From contig CAWHWX010000004.1 in the NCBI GenBank assembly GCA_963833125.1, forward strand, positions 128,001-192,000: 64,000 nucleotides of DNA, written 5' to 3'. Source of the stretch: Candidatus Bathyarchaeota archaeon. GTDB taxonomy: Archaea > Thermoproteota > Bathyarchaeia > 40CM-2-53-6. Every line of letters starts with the position of its first letter. The first letter of the stretch is position 1. Shown here one piece after another: positions 32,651 through 41,712 of this stretch. The notes beneath the pieces are model-generated. The model had not been told where the DNA came from, did not search any database, and saw nothing but the letters and a program-made list of their open reading frames with translations. The position numbers and the translations under genes were made by a program.

Positions 32651-33166
32651 ATGCAAGCAAACAAAATGTTCCCGACTTACGTGTTAGCCAAGGTCCAGCG
32701 TGACCATGTCCCACAAGTGGTTGAGGAACTACGCAAGTACAGCGAGATAGAGTTCAGCGCACCAGTGACCGGTCGATACGATATCATCATGCGATTAAAG
32801 ACTACCAACCCAGAACAATTAACCAACATAGTCAACAAGATACGCACCATCAACGGAGTCAACACAACTAATACCTTTACTCCGAATGACGGATTCGTTA
32901 ACGGTCAGAAACTTGACGCGCAAGGCGTTTGGGGATTCAGTTTACTATCAGTCAACAAACCATTAACGCAAGTTTTACAGAAACTGAAGAGCCTACCAGC
33001 CATTTACGACGCGTGGAGTATCCCAGGTCAGTTCGACATAATCATGAGTTACAAGGCTCAGAACTATGAGCAACTAATGAAAACAACCGTCGAGCAACTC
33101 GGTCATACCGAGGGGATTTCGAGAAGTGAAACACTATTCGCGTACCAGCCTAACCTTAAGGCATAA
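32651..33166 (+). CDS. Tandem Lrp/AsnC ligand-binding (RAM) domain protein without HTH
   Basis: Two copies of VTGRYDII / IPGQFDII ... IRTINGV / LGHTEGISRSET; AGGTGA RBS; hairpin and T-tract downstream. Confidence 0.85.
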   Translation: MQANKMFPTYVLAKVQRDHVPQVVEELRKYSEIEFSAPVTGRYDIIMRLKTTNPEQLTNIVNKIRTINGVNTTNTFTPNDGFVNGQKLDAQGVWGFSLLSVNKPLTQVLQKLKSLPAIYDAWSIPGQFDIIMSYKAQNYEQLMKTTVEQLGHTEGISRSETLFAYQPNLKA

Positions 33167-33252
33167 ACCGAAAGTAATCTGGGAGACATACGCTCCCAGT
33201 TACCCCCGATTTTTTCATCTCCTGTTATCATCACAATGGCTCCAAAACAATT

Positions 33253-33672
33253 CTAAGTGCGCGCTTCGTCGGACTCTCTCATGCGTTGTATACCCTTTTT
33301 GGACGCTGCGTTTTGTAGCTTGGACAATTTGTCAATTTCGTCGAGCAGAACCTTGAGCTCCAGATTGTAATGGCCGCATTTGGGGCAGGTCTCGTCGCCC
33401 TTCAGTCTTTCCCTTTGCTCAATTAGCCTGCTTACAATGCCCTCATGAACTTCCAATTCTTGGTCAGTATGCTTGCGCGGAATAGCTATTTCGAGCTTAT
33501 GTTCTGGATTAGGATCGTCGCTTGTTTTGTATGTGCGAATCAAACACTCTTTGATTACGCAAAATTTGGCCGAGAAAAGATTACAATTCAGAGAGACTGC
33601 GTACGGGTTTGACTTACCCTGCCGCTCGTTTTGCCTTGCCGCCTCGCCAGTTTCTTCTGGCTCTTCCCCCAC
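33253..33672 (-). CDS. Hypothetical protein with a Cys motif
   Basis: Long ORF overlapping 33614; CPKCGH; coiled-coil-like C-terminus. Confidence 0.55.
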   Translation of the reverse strand: MGEEPEETGEAARQNERQGKSNPYAVSLNCNLFSAKFCVIKECLIRTYKTSDDPNPEHKLEIAIPRKHTDQELEVHEGIVSRLIEQRERLKGDETCPKCGHYNLELKVLLDEIDKLSKLQNAASKKGIQRMRESDEART

Positions 33673-33835
33673 TCACTCGCCCACGTCCACGTGGGGTCGT
33701 GAAGGATTCCCTGCATTGTTGCGAGCAGAAAACGTAGCCCTTGAATCGGATGTGTTTCTCGACTTTCTTGCCGCAGTTCGAACAGTATCTGGCATGCCTG
33801 TAGTTCACGATCTTAGTCAAACTTCTCCACGCCAT
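33614..33835 (-). CDS. TRASH/YHS-like zinc-finger microprotein
   Basis: YCSNCGKKV...GYVFCSQQCRESFT; paralogue at 48026; start uncertain. Confidence 0.65.
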   Translation of the reverse strand: MAWRSLTKIVNYRHARYCSNCGKKVEKHIRFKGYVFCSQQCRESFTTPRGRGRVSGGRARRNWRGGKAKRAAG

Positions 33836-34250
33836 TTGTTTCTGGATGCCTAACCCCTATGCTTGGCTGCCTCTTCAAGCCACACAATTCGGAGTTTAAC
33901 TTCCGGCCCTCTGATACCACGTTAGATTATGATTGAACTGGTCGACCAGAACATTAATTAACATCATAAGGCTTATATAGTATTTGCTGGCCGTGCGCAA
34001 ACATGGTCGGTCCTGAAAGATAGGCCGAACCAAGTTGGTGCACTCGGGAGTGCCTTGTAAAAGGAGTGCATTCGCCTCCGGCCAACAATATACTGTTTTC
34101 ATACACCGCCAGGATTTTGCGTTTCGAGCGTCTAACGCACAAACACTCAATCGTTGAAAGATGCAACCAAACTGGCCCTGTAACGGAGTAAGTGCGATTT
34201 GGAGCAAGCGTTTTCATATCGCACGGGGTTCTCTTTGCTTTGTGTGACTT

Positions 34251-34487
34251 ATGCGCGAGAAAGACAGTTTTCGAAAGAAAAATCTGCTGACGAAGATTGA
34301 AAACCTAATTGCCAAGAATGAAGAGGAAAAAAATAAACTGCCACGCGAGGAATACAACTTGAACGGACAATACATACAAGGATTCCTTGCAGGTCTGGAG
34401 GAAGCGCGACGCATAGTCAAGGGCCTTCCGTCAGGCGGACGACGTCAATCGGAGCTTCATCAGCGCCTCAAGGAGAGAAGAAAGTAG
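34251..34487 (+). CDS. Small charged helical hypothetical protein
   Basis: LLTKIENLI...YIQGFLAGLEEARRIV amphipathic helices. Confidence 0.55.
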   Translation: MREKDSFRKKNLLTKIENLIAKNEEEKNKLPREEYNLNGQYIQGFLAGLEEARRIVKGLPSGGRRQSELHQRLKERRK

Positions 34488-35165
34488 TGGAAAATCCGGA
34501 CAGAAGGAGAAGGATCCCAGATTACTTCCTGACCTCAATCCCCAATCGCTCTCAATGATAATTCCTAGCAGGAAAAACACTTCCACATCGTCCCTTTCGG
34601 CATGGCATTGATGTGACCTTTGTGAAGAGCGCGCTGCTATCTGTCGGATGGTACACGATTCTTCTTGCGCTTGCTCCTAACTGGGGTTAGACCAACGCCC
34701 CCCCGTGCCGCTTTGTCTTCAAGAATGGTAAGGTCAAACTCAACCTTCTTCCTTCTCTTACGGCCAATCTTACTTTCCTTCCATACCAAGATGATTCAAC
34801 AACCTAGTGCACAACCAGAGCAGATTTAGATTCCGGCATTGAGGGACGACGCGCCAAGGTAGATTTAGAGGAAGCGAGACAGAGGAGTACGAGGTCTCAG
34901 TATAAGGTGCAAGGTATGAGCAAAAACCTGAGATGCATCTTCTTTTGGAAGATCGAATCTACTCAACTTCCAGGTGTGATTCTGGTTTTCCTGCAAGCCT
35001 TCAGCAAATCGTTGCATGAGTGCTGATGCTTCGTCCATAGACGGACCGGTTCTTGTGTGAGTGTTAGAAAACCACACACAAAGAAAGATTGCCTGCACGA
35101 ACCCCACTCTTCTACGTTCTGACTAGAGAATAATAGCAGGATCCAACACAGTCTACACGAGAGAG

Positions 35166-36776
35166 ATGGGTGATTCAGGCTCATACTTGAAAGGGGTTCT
35201 TAGCCTATCTGTAGAAACAAACATGAGGCCTGCCCCGCCGACGGTCTCTGCTCTAGACGTAACCTCAACTGTAATGGATCTGATGGCAAAGGAAAACGTT
35301 GGATCCATAGTGGTTGTGGAGAACAGCCAACCCGTGGGGATAGTCACCGAGAGAGACATGCTCTATAGAGTCCTCAAGGCTGGCAAGAATCTTGAACTGA
35401 CGCTTGTTAAGGATGTAATGTCCAAACCTCTTGTCACGATCGATGCTGAGCGAACAATAGCAGACGCCTTGGAAACGATGCACAGGCATGACATCAGGAG
35501 ACTGATCGTAACAAGAAGGGGCGTCTTAGTCGGCCTTACCACGGAAAGAAGACTGCTGGAGATCGCCCACGGCCACTATGTCATGAAAGGTCTTGGTCCT
35601 CTAGAAGCGACAGATGGTTATGAAATCCACAAGATACGAGTCGCGTATGTGAGCACATATCCTCCTCGCGAGTGTGGCGTAGCTACATACACCAAGAATC
35701 TTGTCGATGCCGTCTCCGCGTTTTGTTCGCGAGTTGTGAGGCCTCCAGTGGTCGCGGCAATCAACGATAGAGGCGGACTATACAATTACGAGATTCGAGT
35801 AAAGTCTCAGATCGATGCTAACGACATTCAATCCTATGCGAAGGTCGCTCAGGACATCAACGCATCTGATGTGGATGTTGTGAACCTGCAGCATGAGTAT
35901 GGTATATTCGGAGGAGTATGGGGCGAGTATGTTAATGAGTTTCTGCAAAGAATTGAAAAACCGGTTATTACTACTCTGCACACGGTTCTTGAGGATCCGG
36001 TTCCCGATGCTAGAAGGGTAATGGAAGGAATTCTTGAACGTAGTGACTATGTCATCGTTATGGCAAAGGTCGGCATAGGAATACTGGAACAGCTCTATGG
36101 TAGTTACCCAGACAGGATTCGACACATACCTCACGGGTGTCCAAATGTACCTTACCTTGGAACTACGATGGCGAAACAAAGCTTGGGTTTGAAAGATCAT
36201 GTCGTGCTATCGACCTTCGGATTGCTAAGTCGCGGAAAAGGGATAGAATATGCAATAGAGGCACTCCCACACGTACTGAAAGGCCGTCCAGAAATCCTGT
36301 ATCTGGTTATCGGCGAGACCCATCCAGAGGTCAGGAAACGCGAAGGTGAAGAGTATCGAGAATTTCTGCTTGATCTCGTTGAATCACTTGGGTTAGAGAA
36401 GAACGTCAGATTTGTAAATCGGTTTCTGCCTGAAAACGAGTTGATCAATTACCTTCAAGCATCCGACATCTATGTAGTTCCGTACCCGAATCGAGAGCAG
36501 ATCAGCAGTGGGACACTTACATATGCTCTGAGCACGGGCAAAGCCATTGTTACAACTCCATTTCTTCAAGCCGAAGAGGCGATATCGAACGGCGCCGCCT
36601 TGGAATGCGGTTTCAAAGATGCGGACTCAATTGCTGAATGCGTGAATACACTGCTTAGAGACAAAGAGATTCATGACAGATTGGGCAGGATGGCGTATGA
36701 GTACAGCAGAGCCATGATATGGCCAAGCGTAGCTATGAGGTATGTCAACGTCTTCTACCATGCCCTTGGTCTCTGA
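35166..36776 (+). CDS. CBS-pair plus GT4 glycosyltransferase fusion
   Basis: VGSIVVV...GIVTERD...KDVMS CBS pair; STYPPRECGVATY, QHEYGIFGG, HIPHG, TFGLLSRGKGIE, SSGTL. Confidence 0.92.
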   Translation: MGDSGSYLKGVLSLSVETNMRPAPPTVSALDVTSTVMDLMAKENVGSIVVVENSQPVGIVTERDMLYRVLKAGKNLELTLVKDVMSKPLVTIDAERTIADALETMHRHDIRRLIVTRRGVLVGLTTERRLLEIAHGHYVMKGLGPLEATDGYEIHKIRVAYVSTYPPRECGVATYTKNLVDAVSAFCSRVVRPPVVAAINDRGGLYNYEIRVKSQIDANDIQSYAKVAQDINASDVDVVNLQHEYGIFGGVWGEYVNEFLQRIEKPVITTLHTVLEDPVPDARRVMEGILERSDYVIVMAKVGIGILEQLYGSYPDRIRHIPHGCPNVPYLGTTMAKQSLGLKDHVVLSTFGLLSRGKGIEYAIEALPHVLKGRPEILYLVIGETHPEVRKREGEEYREFLLDLVESLGLEKNVRFVNRFLPENELINYLQASDIYVVPYPNREQISSGTLTYALSTGKAIVTTPFLQAEEAISNGAALECGFKDADSIAECVNTLLRDKEIHDRLGRMAYEYSRAMIWPSVAMRYVNVFYHALGL

Positions 36777-36918
36777 GTTTCGGAGAAATGCGGTAAGTCG
36801 CGGAGAAAGCGTAATCCATACCGGTTCTGTTCTATCAAAGACGCTTCTGACGACACATCCGCAATCATCATATATACCTATATATCCGGATGCATATATG
36901 TATATTTGGTGATAAGAT

Positions 36919-37095
36919 TTGGGCAGACTCTACATTGTACTCTCAGACGCTGTTGAGCGCCGACTCCGATTGGCAGTTGTTGTGAGACTCGGTGGGAAGA
37001 AAGGAAACCTCAGCGGTGCGATACAAACGGCTGTCCTCGATTGGCTCAATAAGAAGCCGAGAAATCGACTATCGCACAACTTAGCAGTGGAATGA
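36919..37095 (+). CDS. Ribbon-helix-helix regulator, copy 1
   Basis: Hand translation MGRLYIVLSDAVERRLRLAVVVRLGGKKGNLSGAIQTAVLDWLNKKPRNRLSHNLAVE; GGTGA RBS; two paralogues nearby. Confidence 0.85.
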   Translation: MGRLYIVLSDAVERRLRLAVVVRLGGKKGNLSGAIQTAVLDWLNKKPRNRLSHNLAVE

Positions 37096-37453
37096 GTGAG
37101 CCACTACACGCACGAATAGAGAAACAACGATTCCGATTCGGATGCCCGCAAACATCCCACACAGGCGAAAATGTATGACGAACGAGCTATATCTTCCATT
37201 CAATTGCACCCTCTCGTCCGCGAAACCGCAATTGCAGGCTCTATAGAGCTCAATCTGGATTGAGGGAGGACATTGCCCTCTGCAGGCTCCGTTTGAACAC
37301 GCACCCCCATCAAGCTACGATTCATACGCCGAAGTTTTCTAATGTTCAACTGAAACTCATCGTGTTTCTTTATGGGACTGTCGTTCAACCAAAGGTATTT
37401 TTCTATTAGGCCCGTTCATATGGGTACCCCCTAGGAGGTTATCAGCGACGAGT

Positions 37454-38698
37454 GTGAGGCTCGGAAAAATTATGGGGATTCCGATCAGAATTCATTACAC
37501 GTTGTGGTTCGTTTTCATTCTAATCGCCTGGTCGCTCGCGGTTGGATACATGCCTCATCAGTATCCGGGTCTTAGCACGGTGACCTATTGGGCCATTGGT
37601 ATTGCGTCCGCAATAATCCTCTTCGTTTCCATCCTTGTACATGAGCTCTCTCATTCTTACATAGCGAAGAAGAATGGGTTGCCGATTGCGAGAATTACGT
37701 TATTCTTCTTTGGAGGCGTCTCTGAGATGACTGAAGAGCCTCAAGATCCGGGCTTAGAGGTTCGAATGGCTGCCGCGGGTCCCTTGATGAGCTTCCTAAT
37801 CGGAGGCGTTTTGGGAGCACTTTGGTACCTGGGAGAGTCTGCTCACGCACCAGTCGCGATAATTGCTACACTCGGCTATGCGGCACTGATCAATGGAATT
37901 CTGGGAGCATTCAACCTACTTCCCGCGTTTCCGCTAGACGGTGGCAGAGTGCTCAGGGGAAGCATCTGGAAGAATTCGAACAATTTCGTCGGAGCCACTA
38001 GAACCGCTACAAGAGTTACTGAGGTCATTTCGTTGCTGATGATGTTCGGAGGATTCGCGTTCATAATCTTGGGAGACTTCGTTGATGGAATATGGGTAAT
38101 AGTACTAGGATGGTTCATCAGATCGGGGGCGCAAACCAGTCTCAAGCAAACGCTTGTTGGTGAAGCTCTTTTGGGGGTCTCGGTTGGCGACATCATGAGT
38201 AGTGAAGTGTTGACCGTCCCGCCGGAGATCACAGTTCAACAGCTAGTCTCAGATTATCTCCTTGTGCACCGCCACGGAGGCTACCCTGTTGTGAAGAACG
38301 GTGAGGTTCTGGGCATAGTCACATTGCAGTGCGTACGGGCTGTTCCTAAGGAAAGGCGGGATTCTGTGACTGTTCGTGAAGCAATGGTTCCATTCGAACG
38401 CACGGTAATGGTGCAGTCTTCTGTGAACGCCTTGGATGCGATGCAGAAGATGGCTCGGAACAAAGTCGGACGTGTCTTGGTGATCGACGGGGGCCGACTG
38501 GTCGGCATGGCAACTCGTGAGGACGTTGTCAGGGCGATCCAGATGCGACAAGAACTCGAACTGGGCCCTGGTCCGTCGGGTTTGCCTTCTCCCCAGTATC
38601 CTCGCATTCAAGCAGGGCATTGTGTCCAGTGCGGGGCCCTTTTGCCCGCCGACGTCAAATTCTGTTCTCAATGCGGCGCTAAACAAAACGTATCCTAA
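37454..38698 (+). CDS. Site-2 protease (M50) with a CBS pair and C-terminal zinc ribbon
   Basis: HELSH, AAAGP, FNLLPAFPLDGGR, CBS repeats, CVQCG...FCSQCG. Confidence 0.95.
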   Translation: MRLGKIMGIPIRIHYTLWFVFILIAWSLAVGYMPHQYPGLSTVTYWAIGIASAIILFVSILVHELSHSYIAKKNGLPIARITLFFFGGVSEMTEEPQDPGLEVRMAAAGPLMSFLIGGVLGALWYLGESAHAPVAIIATLGYAALINGILGAFNLLPAFPLDGGRVLRGSIWKNSNNFVGATRTATRVTEVISLLMMFGGFAFIILGDFVDGIWVIVLGWFIRSGAQTSLKQTLVGEALLGVSVGDIMSSEVLTVPPEITVQQLVSDYLLVHRHGGYPVVKNGEVLGIVTLQCVRAVPKERRDSVTVREAMVPFERTVMVQSSVNALDAMQKMARNKVGRVLVIDGGRLVGMATREDVVRAIQMRQELELGPGPSGLPSPQYPRIQAGHCVQCGALLPADVKFCSQCGAKQNVS

Positions 38699-38963
38699 TC
38701 GGTCACTTCCGGTTGAAATTGACAGAGAAGAAACCACACTACTAAGCTGCCAGAACATTCAGGTTTATCGCATTAAATGCGAACTTCAAACGGCGTTATT
38801 TTTCGTGGAGGTCAGGCCTTCATGTACCTATGAAAGGTTAGGGGCCTTCACTCATGAGAACTCCGCAAATCTGTGCGTCTAACCGCGAAAAGACTCCAAG
38901 AAAAAGCCATTAATCATAGAGTAAGAGGAGACTAGGCTGGAAAATATTGCGCAGGCGATACTA

Positions 38964-39197
38964 TTGAGTGAAGAAGAGTCCAACGAAGAAGATGAAGAAC
39001 AACGTGAAGAAGCGCAGGAAGAAGATGAGCGAGATGAGGAACAGGAGGTAGACCGTAAAAGGGAAGGCGCTGACGAGAGTGCTGAAGAGGAAAGGGACGA
39101 GGATAGACTCGAGCAGGATGAAGAGGAGCGTGAACGGAAAGGGACAGGGCTGAAGGTCAAGACGCCGAAGAAAAAGTCCAACATCAAAACAGAATGA
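38964..39197 (+). CDS. 77-aa highly acidic disordered protein with a basic tail
   Basis: E/D/R-dominated sequence ending KVKTPKKKSNIKTE. Confidence 0.6.
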   Translation: MSEEESNEEDEEQREEAQEEDERDEEQEVDRKREGADESAEEERDEDRLEQDEEERERKGTGLKVKTPKKKSNIKTE

Positions 39198-39221
39198 TTC
39201 AGGAAAGGAGCGTTCAGTCGC

Positions 39222-40004
39222 CTAAGAAGATATTGAGGTTACGTTGAGGTAATTGCCTGGACACGCTGCCCCAGTTGAGCTAAAGTTGTGACCCTGATGT
39301 AGTTGTCCCGTCACGGACACCCATGTTCCGATGGTAGGATATGATGCCGGCAACTCCTGCAACGTGTAGTACTGTGAGGACATTAGTCCGATAGGACTGA
39401 CTATTGGAACTACGAGTTCAACACATGAGTTTGGATTCTGGTATAGGTATCCGGCACATTGCACCGTGTCGTTGCTATTTGGTGAATTACAAGAATTGAC
39501 AACCTGAGTGCCCGGACCGCAGTTATTGTTGTAGTAACAACCGGCATAGTTGACGTAATTGTTGTTAGTATTAACCTGCACAGTTTCAACGCTTGTTGTT
39601 AGTGGCGTCCCCGAGCCGTAGCCGTAAAAGGCACCGCTGTAGATGGAGAGTGAAATCTGTAGCGTATGTCCAGTGACTTGGGGTGGAATGCTGAATGCAA
39701 GTTGCCCCGTGTAGATGTTTGTTCCATAAGCGGAGGATAATGTAGCACTTGATGAATCCACGCGAACATTTGTTGAAGGATCGATTGCGTATCCCACAGC
39801 ATATAATTGCCCACCGACGAAGGGGCAGGTCACTGATACAGGGACTATGACTCCATTGGTATTATAGCCGTAGTAAAAGTTCGGGGATGTGTAGGCGAGC
39901 GAACTGGGGTGTATGGCGCACGTTTGGGCTGAAACCTGACTAGTGCCTACCGCAAGCACTGCCAGAACGACTACCAACAGCATGATTCTGAAATAAGTTC
40001 TCAT
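39222..40004 (-). CDS. Secreted Cys-containing protein (paralogue of 25460-26221)
   Basis: Signal peptide MRTYFRIMLLVVVLAVLAVG; shared motifs along the whole length. Confidence 0.85.
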   Translation of the reverse strand: MRTYFRIMLLVVVLAVLAVGTSQVSAQTCAIHPSSLAYTSPNFYYGYNTNGVIVPVSVTCPFVGGQLYAVGYAIDPSTNVRVDSSSATLSSAYGTNIYTGQLAFSIPPQVTGHTLQISLSIYSGAFYGYGSGTPLTTSVETVQVNTNNNYVNYAGCYYNNNCGPGTQVVNSCNSPNSNDTVQCAGYLYQNPNSCVELVVPIVSPIGLMSSQYYTLQELPASYPTIGTWVSVTGQLHQGHNFSSTGAACPGNYLNVTSISS

Positions 40005-40146
40005 GCAAAACCACACATATAGAAGTCGAGTTATATACTTTAATATATATACGTATTGTTTCGAATGAAGCCGCGCGCTTTGGGCCAAAAAGAATAGCAA
40101 AGACTTTTCTACGCGCTAGAGCCTATTACGTTGTGGTGTTCTTTGG

Positions 40147-40335
40147 TTGAAAACATGTAAGTATTGCAACAAACAGAATTCAGACGACAATAATTACTGC
40201 AACTGGTGTAGAACCGTGCTAAGTAATTTTCCAGACCGACCACAACGAGGACAGTGTCTGATTTGCGGAACCCGATGCGCTCCTGACGCGCGCTTCTGCG
40301 GATTATGCAGTTCACCGCTGATAGTATTCAGCTGA
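40147..40335 (+). CDS. Double zinc-ribbon microprotein
   Basis: CKYC..YCNWC and CLICG..FCGLC. Confidence 0.7.
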   Translation: MKTCKYCNKQNSDDNNYCNWCRTVLSNFPDRPQRGQCLICGTRCAPDARFCGLCSSPLIVFS

Positions 40336-40590
40336 GCTCTATCCGCACAAATTCCGCTCTAACCCCCTCATTCTTTTAATTCCTCTGCTTTTGATATGCA
40401 AGTTTATTCGAGTCTGACTCGATTTGCGGTAGTCCTTTCTACTGAAATTGGGTTTAGCCGTGCCATGAACTTGAAGAGAAGTGATTACCAGTGGAAACAA
40501 CGCCAAAGGTTTGATGACATCGCGCCTGATCGAAGGCCAAAAACACACAGGTTCGTTTAAGAGAAAACCTTGGAAGGAGTTCGATTGAAT

Positions 40591-40623
40591 GAGAAAAAAG
40601 AGTTCGAGCACCGTCTGTGCTCG
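40591..40623 (-). terminator. Hairpin plus T-tract after the Gly/Tyr-rich peptide gene
   Basis: CGAGCAC-N5-GTGCTCG (40605-40623) followed by CTCTTTTTTCTC on the minus strand. Confidence 0.65.
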
Positions 40624-40651
40624 GTTTCGTTGGTTTAGTTTCTACGCTTGA

Positions 40652-40834
40652 TTACCAATAGTACGGATATCCATACCAACCGTAGCCGTACCAAGGCCAG
40701 GAATAGTTCCATCCATAGAATGGATAGCTGTACGAACCGTAGCTGTAACCATAGGACGGATAACCGTATGTTGGATAGCCATACGAACCGTGGCCGTAAT
40801 AGTTGTTCCCAGCACATACACATACACATGACAT
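40652..40834 (-). CDS. 60-aa Gly/Tyr/Trp-rich peptide with an N-terminal CxCxC
   Basis: MSCVCVCAGNNYYGHGSYGYPTYGYPSYGYSYGSYSYPFYGWNYSWPWYGYGWYGYPYYW; perfect GGAGGTGA RBS; terminator downstream. Confidence 0.8.
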   Translation of the reverse strand: MSCVCVCAGNNYYGHGSYGYPTYGYPSYGYSYGSYSYPFYGWNYSWPWYGYGWYGYPYYW

Positions 40835-40855
40835 TTCTATTCTTCACCTCCGTTC

Positions 40856-41023
40856 TTACATTCCACGAACTCCAAGCCTCTGCCAGTCCTTACCTAACCA
40901 ATCACTGACAGCTTCCTCTATCGCGATGCTAAGATCCCCCTTCTTTCCTCCAAGCCTTTTCACGACTGCAACTCGGAGTCGGCGCTCAATTTCATCCGAG
41001 AGTACTACGTAGATTTTTCCCAA
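40856..41023 (-). CDS. Ribbon-helix-helix regulator, copy 2
   Basis: Hand translation MGKIYVVLSDEIERRLRVAVVKRLGGKKGDLSIAIEEAVSDWLGKDWQRLGVRGM; 21 nt upstream of the Tyr-rich peptide. Confidence 0.85.
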   Translation of the reverse strand: MGKIYVVLSDEIERRLRVAVVKRLGGKKGDLSIAIEEAVSDWLGKDWQRLGVRGM

Positions 41024-41060
41024 AGGATGTTTAGCTCCCCCATATGTAGGGGTAAAGCGA

Positions 41061-41107
41061 GATATAAGCTTGTATATTTAGCTTTATACATATATAACTT
41101 TATAACT
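41061..41107. promoter_or_regulatory. Divergent promoter between RHH copy 2 and the 22-aa peptide
   Basis: TTATACATATATAACTTTATAAC matches TTATAAATATATAACCTTATAAG at 41655-41677 in 20 of 23 positions. Confidence 0.6.
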
Positions 41108-41145
41108 GCCAATACACTATATCAAGTGTCGGAGGGAAATTCAGA

Positions 41146-41214
41146 ATGAGCATAAACATCGGTATTCTTGGGATAATAGTTATTGTTGTAGTTCTCTGGT
41201 TAATTCTTCGTTAA
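41146..41214 (+). CDS. 22-aa single-TM microprotein
   Basis: MSINIGILGIIVIVVVLWLILR; GGAGG RBS; 18-bp perfect palindrome CTTCGCTTCGAAGCGAAG at 41221-41238 just after the stop. Confidence 0.6.
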   Translation: MSINIGILGIIVIVVVLWLILR

Positions 41215-41385
41215 AACAAACTTCGCTTCGAAGCGAAGCCCCTAACACTCATGCAGAGTTGCCCGTAGTTCTAGAAATGCGTGAAGGGAAGGGGTACACT
41301 CTCAATTACGAGGGGTGATGAGCCGTTATGGCGGAACCTAGAGAGGAGCCCTCTGAGTTTAAGGATGCATGTTGGCCGCAACGAT

Positions 41386-41613
41386 TCAGGAGGACCGTTT
41401 CGAAGTACTGTGTCTTCCTGAGCTTTTTTCACGCAGCTGACCGTACACCCATTTGCTGATGTTAGCTTCTGTAGCATGTTTTTCCAACCATTCTTTGATC
41501 GCCAGCTCGATAGCGCTGCTTAGATCGCCCTTCTTTCCTCCGAGAATTGTGACAACGGCCAGTCGGAGTCTGCGTTCGGTTTCGTCAGAAAGAACTATAA
41601 ACATTTTTCCCAA
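41386..41613 (-). CDS. Ribbon-helix-helix regulator, copy 3
   Basis: MGKMFIVLSDETERRLRLAVVTILGGKKGDLSSAIELAIKEWLEK. Confidence 0.85.
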   Translation of the reverse strand: MGKMFIVLSDETERRLRLAVVTILGGKKGDLSSAIELAIKEWLEKHATEANISKWVYGQLREKSSGRHSTSKRSS

Positions 41614-41712
41614 AAATCCACATTCCCTAAGGCTTACTATATTCAGCGTTATCGTTATAAATATATAACCTTATAAGCGCAGTTCAACAATGTACGGCCT
41701 GAGTTAATTGAT

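Noticed and set aside
40652-40834. Tyr-rich peptides as RiPP precursors
   Set aside because: No radical SAM, P450, YcaO or other maturase and no leader/core structure nearby; kept only as a weak alternative
36919-41613. RHH genes as type II antitoxins
   Set aside because: No adjacent PIN, RelE or other toxin-like ORF
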